64,000 nt of DNA from Burkholderiales bacterium (GTDB lineage Bacteria > Pseudomonadota > Gammaproteobacteria > Burkholderiales > Nitrosomonadaceae): contig JACKLR010000002.1 of NCBI GenBank assembly GCA_024235795.1, positions 887,225 through 951,224 on the forward strand, read 5' to 3'. This document shows positions 11,403 to 20,941 of the stretch, one piece after another. Position 1 is the first letter of the stretch. Every line of letters begins with the position of its first letter. The notes beneath the pieces are model-generated. The model worked only from the letters and a program-made list of their open reading frames with translations. It was not told the DNA's origin and did no database searches. Both the position numbers and the translations under genes were made by a program.

Positions 11403-12329
11403 ATGCGAAAAAGTCAATCAGGACTATTTGTTTCAATCACTGTACTGTTACTGTTATTTAGCGGTTGTAGTGCGAATCAGAAAGACACCGTAAGCCAACG
11501 AGACGCCGGGGCTCAAGCGCCGGAAGTTGTCAAGGCAATTGATTTCGATGAAGTCCAATGGTATGCCAAGCGTGCCAGCACTGCCTACAATACCGAGGCA
11601 GAAATCCGGGCGGCGTTTCCCGATACCGTGCGCGTCAGTCAGGTTGGGAATACCCAGGTGCAGTACTTTCTTGAACTGGACGACGAGAACAAAGTTCAGG
11701 TCATCAGTGTCCGTGGAACGGCCAATCTGAAAAATATCAAGGAAGATGTCGAATATACCCAATCAAAGAACAAAGATCTGGATATCTATGTGCACAGGGG
11801 GTTTGACGAAGATGCTTACAAGATTTACAACGATATCCTGCCGCACCTCAGAAAAGACTATTCCGTGCGCCTGACAGGTCATTCGCTCGGCGCGGCAATT
11901 GCTGCGATATTGATGATCTATTTACACGAAGATGGTTTTGAAGTGCAAAAAATGATCAATTTCGGCCAGCCGAAGTTTACTAATAAAAAAGGGGTGCAGC
12001 GCTACCATACCCTGCCATTAACCCGTATTGTTAATGAAAACGATATCGTGCCTTTACTACCGCCGGCAACCTTATTAAGTGCAATACATGGCATATACGA
12101 ACATATGGGTGATGAAGCGATCCTGCTGAAAGGGACTGCGTATGTCTATCTTGAACAGCACCAGGCCGATACACAGAAGGTGGAGGGATTCTGGGATAAT
12201 ATCGACCACGAAAGCGTGCAGGAACATTTTATCGCAAATTATCTGAAAAATATTGGCAGTAAACTAAAGACCGCACTACAGGTACCGTTCGCTGATCGTG
12301 AAGTTTATCTGGATCAGCACGACGATTGA
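11403..12329 (+). CDS. Lipase class 3 lipoprotein
   Basis: GHSLG nucleophile motif, SVRGT, RIVNENDIVP. Lipobox-like LFSGC after a hydrophobic stretch. AGAGGA RBS supports the ATG at 11403. Confidence 0.88.
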   Translation: MRKSQSGLFVSITVLLLLFSGCSANQKDTVSQRDAGAQAPEVVKAIDFDEVQWYAKRASTAYNTEAEIRAAFPDTVRVSQVGNTQVQYFLELDDENKVQVISVRGTANLKNIKEDVEYTQSKNKDLDIYVHRGFDEDAYKIYNDILPHLRKDYSVRLTGHSLGAAIAAILMIYLHEDGFEVQKMINFGQPKFTNKKGVQRYHTLPLTRIVNENDIVPLLPPATLLSAIHGIYEHMGDEAILLKGTAYVYLEQHQADTQKVEGFWDNIDHESVQEHFIANYLKNIGSKLKTALQVPFADREVYLDQHDD

Positions 12330-12364
12330 ACGACGCCCGAATTCACGGAAAACTGGAATGTGTA

Positions 12365-13420
12365 ATGAAAAAACCCATCACGGTTGAAGCGGAGCAACAG
12401 ACGCGGTATACGGGGTGTGCGCAGCCCGCACAGTCCGTACAACTTGCGCAACGCACCCGGTCTGATGCAACCAATTCTTTTTTTACTGCGCGCAAGCCGG
12501 ATTTTACCGATAATCGTACAGAAACACTGGCGCAGCGGCGCATGATCGCTGACATCAATGCTAGCCCGAGAACGGTGGCGCAACGAAAGGAAGCTGTATC
12601 AATTCACGCCAGTCCACGCATGATTGCACAAAGAAAACTGTACGGTTCGATTGGCAATCCTGCGCCCGGTTTGCAAAATGCGTCTATGAAAAAATTTATG
12701 CAAGGACGGTTCGGGACCATGCAGCGCGGGGAAAAAAACAACCCTGGTCATGGCCAGTTAAAGCAGCTGAATTTAACCATTCAAAATGACGCAGTGCAAA
12801 GAGTCATAGAACTCGATGGTGTAGTCGCAGACAAGGGTCAGTTACAGGATAAGGTGGCTGACAAGGCTGAAAAAGACATTATTGCAAACTGGGGTCAGTC
12901 AGAAATTGTTCATAAATTTAAGACTAATCGAACAAAAAATGCAGAAGAAAATCTGGAAACGGCAATCAATAATGCGAAGAAACAGGCAGTAGACGTTCCG
13001 GCATTGTTCAGCGCTGCAAATTTGAAGTTTTTAACCCAGGCTGAGGATAGGCTGCCGACGTTGTATTTTAAGCAAAACAATGATAGCGGGCGGTTGCGGC
13101 AACAGCATGGCAGCGGACCTGGCGTATTTACGGAATCCAATAAAACCGATTATTTTTTTCCCGATAAAGATAACAAACAAAAGTTCGCGGAGAAAGCGAG
13201 ATCCGCCATGAAAAAGACAGTATTCAACCCAGATTTAATTGAGTTCAAGGCCGTTACAATCCCAACACAAGGTTATGAGCACTATGAAGTGACTTACAAT
13301 AATAACGGTGTTCCGATCAAGGTTCATCCGTCAGGCGGCACAGTGGAAACAAATTTGAATGGTTACGGCGATCTTCAAATTAAAGCCATTTATCAGAGGA
13401 TAATTGGCTTTACTCCTTGA
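12365..13420 (+). CDS. eCIS cargo-like protein with shared leader, no DUF4157, unknown C-terminal domain
   Basis: Leader DNRTETLAQRRMIADINASPRTVAQRKEAVSIHASPRMIAQR is homologous to the leader of 9671/13573. The start MKK.. at 12365 matches the paralogue starts. Confidence 0.7.
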   Translation: MKKPITVEAEQQTRYTGCAQPAQSVQLAQRTRSDATNSFFTARKPDFTDNRTETLAQRRMIADINASPRTVAQRKEAVSIHASPRMIAQRKLYGSIGNPAPGLQNASMKKFMQGRFGTMQRGEKNNPGHGQLKQLNLTIQNDAVQRVIELDGVVADKGQLQDKVADKAEKDIIANWGQSEIVHKFKTNRTKNAEENLETAINNAKKQAVDVPALFSAANLKFLTQAEDRLPTLYFKQNNDSGRLRQQHGSGPGVFTESNKTDYFFPDKDNKQKFAEKARSAMKKTVFNPDLIEFKAVTIPTQGYEHYEVTYNNNGVPIKVHPSGGTVETNLNGYGDLQIKAIYQRIIGFTP

Positions 13421-13501
13421 AGATAGAGTGTGTGACAATTAACCCGGATTGCTTGTCCAGGAAAACATAAATTGCGAAAGGCCTGGCGTCAACATGCAAA
13501 T

Positions 13502-13572
13502 ATATTGTTTATTCGGTCAGTAGTTTGATACATTCATAAAAAAATGTTATCAGTGTTAATACGGAGGGCGGT
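13502..13572 (+). promoter_or_regulatory. Conserved upstream element of cargo gene (copy 2)
   Basis: Near-copy of 9601-9670, ending in a GGAGGG RBS. Confidence 0.6.
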
Positions 13573-14646
<1,074 letters not shown>

Positions 14647-14690
14647 GCAGAACATTATTCCCGCGACTTTTAACAATAATTGCTGAAAAT

Positions 14691-15839
14691 TCAATCCATA
14701 ACCATCACTGTAATTAAAATAATCGCTGCTAAAGTTACTGGCCAATAAGCGACTTTTGGTATTAGATTATCGCGATAGTGGATGACCGTCAGCCATTTTG
14801 CGATGCCCATCGAGAATACATACGTAGAAACGACCGCTATGACGAGATAGAGGTACATAAGGATATAGAAGTATTCCATGTAAACTATTCCGGAGCCGGA
14901 AAACTGTTCCCTGAGTTGGATATGCGCCAGCATGACAACAAAAAACAGCGCCGAACAGGCACCAATGAAACCTGAAGTGGTAAAGCCGTGTTTACTGACC
15001 AGGTCTGGTTCCCTGCTGACAGTCAGCAACGCGCCGAAGAGCAGGGTGGCGACAAGCAGGACTGGCAACAAATAAACCACGAATGCGTTTTGAAATTTGC
15101 GTTTGATTACAAAGTTGTAATGTAATTCCGGGAAATCCATTTGTCCGATATAGTCGGAAATGCCAAAATTAGTATCGTAGCTGGAGTGCTTATAATCGAA
15201 GTAGGTATCTTCACGAATCCATGTGCCCAGTACGATATTCTTTTCAATGCCGAAAATCGTGTCAGTTTCGGTTGATTTATACGCGTCAAAATCGGGAACC
15301 AGCACGATATTTTCTGAAAAAAGATTGTGCCACATGCGCACCCAGACGGTTTTGTGATCAAAAGGATAAAGTTTGTATTCAAAGGGTTGCCGGATTGTGG
15401 CTTCAAAATACCAGCCGATGACTTCTTCACCGTTTGCCTTTTCCCGGTATACTTCCTGTGGCGTTATGGAATTCCCGGTATTGACCTGTTCGGGTAACAC
15501 AAAACCGACTTCAGACGGGGCCGGTTTGATGGCATCATGGATGCCATCCTGGTACCGCTGCCAGATATAACCGGTAATATCGACTTCAGAGGAATTGAAA
15601 AATTTCAACGACTGAATAAAGATTCCGGTTTTTACTTTCAGGGTTGGCCGGTCTGTATAACCGTAATCCTTAAGTTTGGATTCCCAGTTGTTTTTCAGAT
15701 ATTCGTCAGTGGTTTTTTCATCGGCGAGTTTGGTCGGCTCCACAAAATACGCATTCATCTGAATCCATAAGCCGGTCAGAATAATCATCAATGCGGCCGA
15801 CACAAAAGCAGAAATGAACCACCAGTTATTTTCTTTCAT
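14691..15839 (-). CDS. Prokaryotic pentameric ligand-gated ion channel (Cys-loop/Pro-loop family) subunit
   Basis: VKTGIFIQSL..VDITGYIWQRY beta-strands, YPFD loop signature, VIKR..AFVVYLLP pre-M1/M1 motif, four C-terminal TM helices, and one N-terminal hydrophobic anchor. Confidence 0.72.
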   Translation of the reverse strand: MKENNWWFISAFVSAALMIILTGLWIQMNAYFVEPTKLADEKTTDEYLKNNWESKLKDYGYTDRPTLKVKTGIFIQSLKFFNSSEVDITGYIWQRYQDGIHDAIKPAPSEVGFVLPEQVNTGNSITPQEVYREKANGEEVIGWYFEATIRQPFEYKLYPFDHKTVWVRMWHNLFSENIVLVPDFDAYKSTETDTIFGIEKNIVLGTWIREDTYFDYKHSSYDTNFGISDYIGQMDFPELHYNFVIKRKFQNAFVVYLLPVLLVATLLFGALLTVSREPDLVSKHGFTTSGFIGACSALFFVVMLAHIQLREQFSGSGIVYMEYFYILMYLYLVIAVVSTYVFSMGIAKWLTVIHYRDNLIPKVAYWPVTLAAIILITVMVMD

Positions 15840-16052
15840 CCAGTCAATATCCAGAAAGCAATATATGTATTAAAAAGGATTCATTCAAGTGGAGTAAAGA
15901 TTTTAACATAAATGAAAATTCGATTTCTTGTTGGTTGATTTTCAATGGAAAATATTCTCTGCACCGTTTGTGGTGATACATCGTGCTAGAATGCGCTGCA
16001 AAGATTTAAGTGATACATATACATTTCATCTGCCATTGATTATGATTATCCA

Positions 16053-17546
16053 ATGACAGGAAATATTTTATTAGCTGCTTACATATTGTGTATTTTGACG
16101 CTGTTTATCTATGGCGTAAATTGCTATTACATGGTGTGGCGTTTCTGGAAAACGTTCAGACTGGCGACAAAATACATGCGCCAACGCATCGATGCAGCCC
16201 AATCGCAATTTGTTGATGTGGCAGCACTGCCGCATGTCACTACACAGATACCTTTGTACAACGAAGCGAACGTAGCCGAGCGTGTAATACGTGCGGTTGC
16301 CGAGATGGATTATCCTGCATGCAAGCATGAAATTCAGATTCTTGATGATTCAACGGATGATACAAGAGTCATTGTTGATGCGATTGCAGCGTCGCTGCGC
16401 CGGGCAGGCAAGGATGTTCAGGTATTGCGGCGCGAAAACCGACATGGATTCAAAGCAGGCGCGCTTGCTGCTGGCTTACGGGTGTGCAAGGGGGAGCTGA
16501 TCGCTATTTTTGACAGCGATTTCATGCCGAAAGCAGACTATTTGAAACAAACGATACCGCCGCTACTCGCAGAGGAAAGGTTGGCGTTTGTGCAGGCGCG
16601 TTGGGGACATTTAAACGCAAAACACTCAGTGCTTACGCAGGCCCAGAGCATCGGCATTGACGGGCATTTTATGGTCGAGCAAAGTACACGTGCATTTAAT
16701 GGGTTTTTTATGAATTTTAATGGCACTGCGGGTCTCTGGCGCAAGACTGCGATTGAAGATGCTGGCGGCTGGCATGCCGACACGTTGACTGAAGATATGG
16801 ATTTGTCCTACCGGTGTCAACTGGTTGGGTGGCGCGCAGGCTTTTTGACGGATGTCGTTGTGCCCGCTGAATTGCCGCAATCCTATACCGCGTTTAAGAG
16901 TCAGCAGTTCCGCTGGGCCAAGGGTTCTATCCAGACGGCCATCAAACTTTATCCGAGGGTGCTGCGTTCGCAAGCCAGTTGGATGGCCAAAATTCAGGCA
17001 TTTTTGCATTTAACCCATTACAGCATTCATCCGATTATGGCGCTTTTATCGATGTTGACATTGCCCGTGTTACTGACACTGGATTTTTACGTGCCCTGGC
17101 AAATCATGCTCATTTGTATGCTCTGTATTCTGGTAGCGATTTGTGGCCCGAGTACGCTTTATGTGACCAGTCAGATTGCAACCAAGGCCGGCCTGAAAAA
17201 GCTCTGGTTTCTCCCTGTGTTGATGTGTGTTGGCGTAGGCATTGCATTGTCCAACTCACGCGCGGTGCTGGAAGCGATTTTTAATATTAAAAGCGGTTTT
17301 GTACGAACGCCTAAGAGTGGCGGCCGGGATGCTGTCGATCCCAAACACTCTCGGGCGTACCACGTAAAAGCGCCGGTATTGCCGTTGTTTGAAATAATTT
17401 TAGGGCTTTATTGTGCAATAAGTCTTTTTTATTATATTGAAGCCAAACACTATATGGTGGGACCGTTTCTGTTGATTTATACCTGCGGTTTTTTGCTAAT
17501 TGGCATACGTTCCTTTAAGGAAGGACTGGAAAAAGGCCATTCGTGA
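16053..17546 (+). CDS. GT2 processive glycosyltransferase (cellulose-synthase-like)
   Basis: QIPLYNE, LDDS, GFKAGAL, FDSD, TLTED and QQFRW (QxxRW) motifs, with N- and C-terminal TM helices. Confidence 0.9.
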   Translation: MTGNILLAAYILCILTLFIYGVNCYYMVWRFWKTFRLATKYMRQRIDAAQSQFVDVAALPHVTTQIPLYNEANVAERVIRAVAEMDYPACKHEIQILDDSTDDTRVIVDAIAASLRRAGKDVQVLRRENRHGFKAGALAAGLRVCKGELIAIFDSDFMPKADYLKQTIPPLLAEERLAFVQARWGHLNAKHSVLTQAQSIGIDGHFMVEQSTRAFNGFFMNFNGTAGLWRKTAIEDAGGWHADTLTEDMDLSYRCQLVGWRAGFLTDVVVPAELPQSYTAFKSQQFRWAKGSIQTAIKLYPRVLRSQASWMAKIQAFLHLTHYSIHPIMALLSMLTLPVLLTLDFYVPWQIMLICMLCILVAICGPSTLYVTSQIATKAGLKKLWFLPVLMCVGVGIALSNSRAVLEAIFNIKSGFVRTPKSGGRDAVDPKHSRAYHVKAPVLPLFEIILGLYCAISLFYYIEAKHYMVGPFLLIYTCGFLLIGIRSFKEGLEKGHS

Positions 17547-17609
17547 TTGATTGCAATCCGGTATCCGTTTTATCGGGTACTTCTATTGGTATCTCTAGTG
17601 CCTTGAGTA

Positions 17610-19604
17610 ATGCGAATGTTTAATGCCCGCTTGGTAAGCTTTTTTTGTTCGCTTGCAATGGTTTTTTTTACCGGTGCGCTGCATTGGACGCCTTGGACAG
17701 CCAACGATAAAGCTCTAGTCATGCTGGTTTCATACGGTATTTTGTTCCTTGGGTTTATCGGTTCCTGGTTGAGCTTTCCTGACGGGTTAAGCACATCGCG
17801 AAAAATCGGGCTGATTTTAGCTATTTCACTTCTGGCACGCCTTGCGATGATGGGTGTGCCTGTTTCAGATGATGTTTACCGCTATTTGTGGGAGGGAAAA
17901 ATCATTGCTGCAGGTGAAAGCCCGTATCAGTTTCCGGCTGACCATATTCATTATCATGAATACCAGGATGTTTACTGGGAACAGATGAATCATAAAGATA
18001 AGCTGACTGCATATCCGCCTCTGGCCGAACTTGTTTTTGCCGCAGTCAGCAGTATCGCCTATACGCCATGGGCGTTTAAGATTCTATTTATTGTCGTCGA
18101 TTTATGTGTTATTGGCGTGTTGATGGCGCTGCTTGCACATTACGGAATGGATTTGCGCAATACGTTGTTGTATGCATTAAATCCGTTGGCCTTGTTCGCC
18201 ATAGCCGGTGAAGCCCATTTTGATGTGCTGCTGATTCTGGCGGTGATGTTGTCGGTATTATGTGCCGCAAAGGGGGTGTTTGCATGGGCCTGGGTTTGGC
18301 TGGGTATTGCAATCCAGATCAAGATTATTGCAATCGCGCTGGTTCCCTTTTACTTGTGGCATTGTCGATGGCGGTATAGCTGGTTGCTGCTCATCCCGTT
18401 GACGGTGCCATCGGTTTACTTTCTTGAAACGCTGCCGGGGTTGTTTCAGGGGTTATGGGCTTTTGGTGGTACGAATGCCTTTAACGGACCAATCCATGGC
18501 CCGATTAATTATTTATTATCTGGCGATATCGCCTGGGCTACGCGTGCGGTAATGATATTATTTGGCGTTGTAACACTCTGGGTTATTTGGGCGGTGAAAA
18601 TACCTGCCAGGGCAGCATATATATTAATTGCCGCGCTGGTATTGTGTTCACCGGTGGTGCATTACTGGTATGTGCTTTGGATCATGCCATTTGTCGCGCT
18701 TTATCCGGGTTTATCCTGGCTGGTATTGAGTTTTACCAGTGGCGCCTATTTTACTTCTGTTTACAGTGTAGAACGGGGAGATGACTGGTTTCTGCCGGTA
18801 TGGGCAATGTGGGTGATGTGGTTGCCCTTTTTGTTGGTGCTGATTTATGAACTGCGGGTGGTATTGATGCGCAGACTGCAACCGGTTACCACCTGGAAAA
18901 AACCAGAAACGCTGACAATTATCGTACCCACTCTTAATGAAGGCGAGTCAATTAAGCCCTGTTTGTTGGCACTGAGATCTTTAAAGCCTCCGGCAAATGA
19001 AATTATTATTTGCGATGGCGGCTCAACCGATCAAACAGTTGCCATTGCAAGAGAAATGGATGTTCGCGTTGTACACAGCGAAACAGGACGGGGTACCCAG
19101 ATCAGGGCAGGGGTTGAAGCCGCGCGTTCGGACGCTGCGCTGGTGATTCACGCAGACTGTGTTTGTGATAACACTGTCAGTCAAAAAATCCTGAATGTAC
19201 TGGAACAGAATCCGGATGTTGTTGGTGGAGCGATAGGGCAGCGTTTCAACGATACAGGTATACGGCTACTTGTTATTGAGATGCTAAATGATGCCCGCGC
19301 AGCATGGGTTGGCGCAAGTTTCGGAGATCAGAGCCAGTTCTTCCGTATTGCAGCTGTAGATAAAATGGGCGGTTACCCAGGTTATCCACTTATGGAAGAT
19401 GTCGAACTCAGTCTGCGCATGAAGCGGCTTGGACGCGTTGTGCTTTTGGATTGCAGGATCCTGAATTCCGCCCGACAATGGCGTCATGGTTTTTTTAAGC
19501 GTATTTGGCTGATTTTACACCTAGTGGCTGTATTTCGGATAAACCGACTATTTAATCGTGATGTAACGCATAAGTTGTATGCAACCTACTATAACCGGAG
19601 ATAA
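17610..19604 (+). CDS. Fusion of multi-TM GT-C (GT87/DUF2029-like) and C-terminal GT2 (TIGR04283-like) glycosyltransferase
   Basis: SDDVYRYLWEG, TAYPP and YALNP are GT-C motifs. The C-terminal domain has IIVPTLNE, ICDGGSTD, GRGTQ, HAD, FGDQ and LMED. Confidence 0.78.
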   Translation: MRMFNARLVSFFCSLAMVFFTGALHWTPWTANDKALVMLVSYGILFLGFIGSWLSFPDGLSTSRKIGLILAISLLARLAMMGVPVSDDVYRYLWEGKIIAAGESPYQFPADHIHYHEYQDVYWEQMNHKDKLTAYPPLAELVFAAVSSIAYTPWAFKILFIVVDLCVIGVLMALLAHYGMDLRNTLLYALNPLALFAIAGEAHFDVLLILAVMLSVLCAAKGVFAWAWVWLGIAIQIKIIAIALVPFYLWHCRWRYSWLLLIPLTVPSVYFLETLPGLFQGLWAFGGTNAFNGPIHGPINYLLSGDIAWATRAVMILFGVVTLWVIWAVKIPARAAYILIAALVLCSPVVHYWYVLWIMPFVALYPGLSWLVLSFTSGAYFTSVYSVERGDDWFLPVWAMWVMWLPFLLVLIYELRVVLMRRLQPVTTWKKPETLTIIVPTLNEGESIKPCLLALRSLKPPANEIIICDGGSTDQTVAIAREMDVRVVHSETGRGTQIRAGVEAARSDAALVIHADCVCDNTVSQKILNVLEQNPDVVGGAIGQRFNDTGIRLLVIEMLNDARAAWVGASFGDQSQFFRIAAVDKMGGYPGYPLMEDVELSLRMKRLGRVVLLDCRILNSARQWRHGFFKRIWLILHLVAVFRINRLFNRDVTHKLYATYYNRR

Positions 19605-19778
19605 TTATTGTCTTAGTTTGTCAATACGGCGATTATGCAAACTTATCAAATAAAGCGGGCTTGATATAAGATTTTGTTAACGGTTAACCCTACTAAATCA
19701 GCGTTTTTCAGGTTATAATCTCTCACTTTACCGAAATTGAGCATTGGCAACATATTGTAAATAAAGAAGTATTCAATT

Positions 19779-19866
19779 GCCCGGGTGGTGAAATTGGTAG
19801 ACACAAGGGACTTAAAATCCCTCGGACATTGCGTCCGTGCCGGTTCGACTCCGGCCCCGGGCACCA
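19779..19866 (+). tRNA. tRNA-Leu (anticodon UAA)
   Basis: GCCCGGG acceptor stem, D-loop GGTAG, anticodon arm AGGGA-CTTAAAA-TCCCT, long variable arm, GGTTCGACTCC T-arm, encoded CCA end. Confidence 0.97.
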
Positions 19867-20144
19867 ATAGATATAATAACTTATTGAATAAAAATAACTT
19901 ATTTTTATTCCCAAAATTACTATACCAAAAACCATACCATTAAAATAATTACTGTAGTAGTTCTTTTGGTTCTTCTTTGCACAGAAAATGTGCAAAACGA
20001 TATAACCTTTCATATGGGATTTATATAGCATTTCAAGATATACCCACCTCTACTTACACCGCATAAAAATTTAATGAAACAAACGGCCTCCAACGAATAG
20101 ATTGCCCACTTTTGCCCGCCTCTACCTAATAGACCACAATCCAT

Positions 20145-20525
20145 TTACCCCCCCCTGTTTAATTGCGCGGTTTTCTTAGTTGCTTTCTTTGCTTCTGCTG
20201 GCATAACCGGTACTGGAGGAGCGTTACTTGCTATAGTCGAAGAGCTTTGGGTATCAGAGTCCGGAGACGGTGGAGGGCTGCCTGCACTATCTGGACTGTC
20301 TGATTGAGATAAAAAATCTGGTAGCGGTGGTGTAGTTCCATCCATAGCCTGCTGCATATGCATACCACCTGTTTCAAGTTCATCCATGGTTTCGGGCACG
20401 GGTGGTGAACTATTTGCCGCGACTGAATTGACGGCCTGATCGAGATTGGGTGCTCCTAAAACCTCACTTAAGGACCTAATGCCCTCCAGTGAGCTTGAAG
20501 ATATACTTACTTTGAAAAATGTCAT
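20145..20525 (-). CDS. Pro/Ser-rich, probably disordered hypothetical protein
   Basis: GAGGA RBS before the ATG. Third gene in the same orientation as the M6 protease. Repeated xPPxP motifs. Confidence 0.6.
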   Translation of the reverse strand: MTFFKVSISSSSLEGIRSLSEVLGAPNLDQAVNSVAANSSPPVPETMDELETGGMHMQQAMDGTTPPLPDFLSQSDSPDSAGSPPPSPDSDTQSSSTIASNAPPVPVMPAEAKKATKKTAQLNRGG

Positions 20526-20673
20526 GATTTAATCCTCGCAAACTTGTAATGCTAGGGCTGTATTGTCCTAACGATATGAATCTGAATGAGTGATGGAAGT
20601 AACGAAACTGCTAGAGTTATATAGTTAACCCAAGATTTATTGGGTCGTTACCGCCATCTAAATCAAAGTCGCT

Positions 20674-20904
20674 TTAAGACATATAAACTGACTTAACCTC
20701 GTTTGATTCAATCAGCACATTTACCTTGCGTTGATCTGCAACAGCGGCCGTCAATATATCCAAAACATTGGTAACGCCATCAGACGAGGCGGCGTTAATT
20801 TTTAGCCAGCCAGTCATACCTGGAATATCACTAAAAATTACATGCGCCCACTTAGTATTAACGTGTGCTGATACATATCGTACTGTTTTTCCGTAGTGCC
20901 ACAT
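20674..20904 (-). CDS. 76-aa stand-alone paralogue of the M6 protease C-terminal domain
   Basis: GAGGAA RBS. About 41 of ~75 positions are identical to the last ~74 aa of 20942-22693 (manual alignment). Confidence 0.85.
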   Translation of the reverse strand: MWHYGKTVRYVSAHVNTKWAHVIFSDIPGMTGWLKINAASSDGVTNVLDILTAAVADQRKVNVLIESNEVKSVYMS

Positions 20905-20941
20905 AATTTATTCCTCCTGGTTGTTAAAAGTTACGTTTTAC

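Noticed and set aside
19646-20031. Minus-strand ORFs 19646-19867 and 19723-20031
   Set aside because: They are antisense to tRNA-Leu and AT-rich spacer, a common spurious call.
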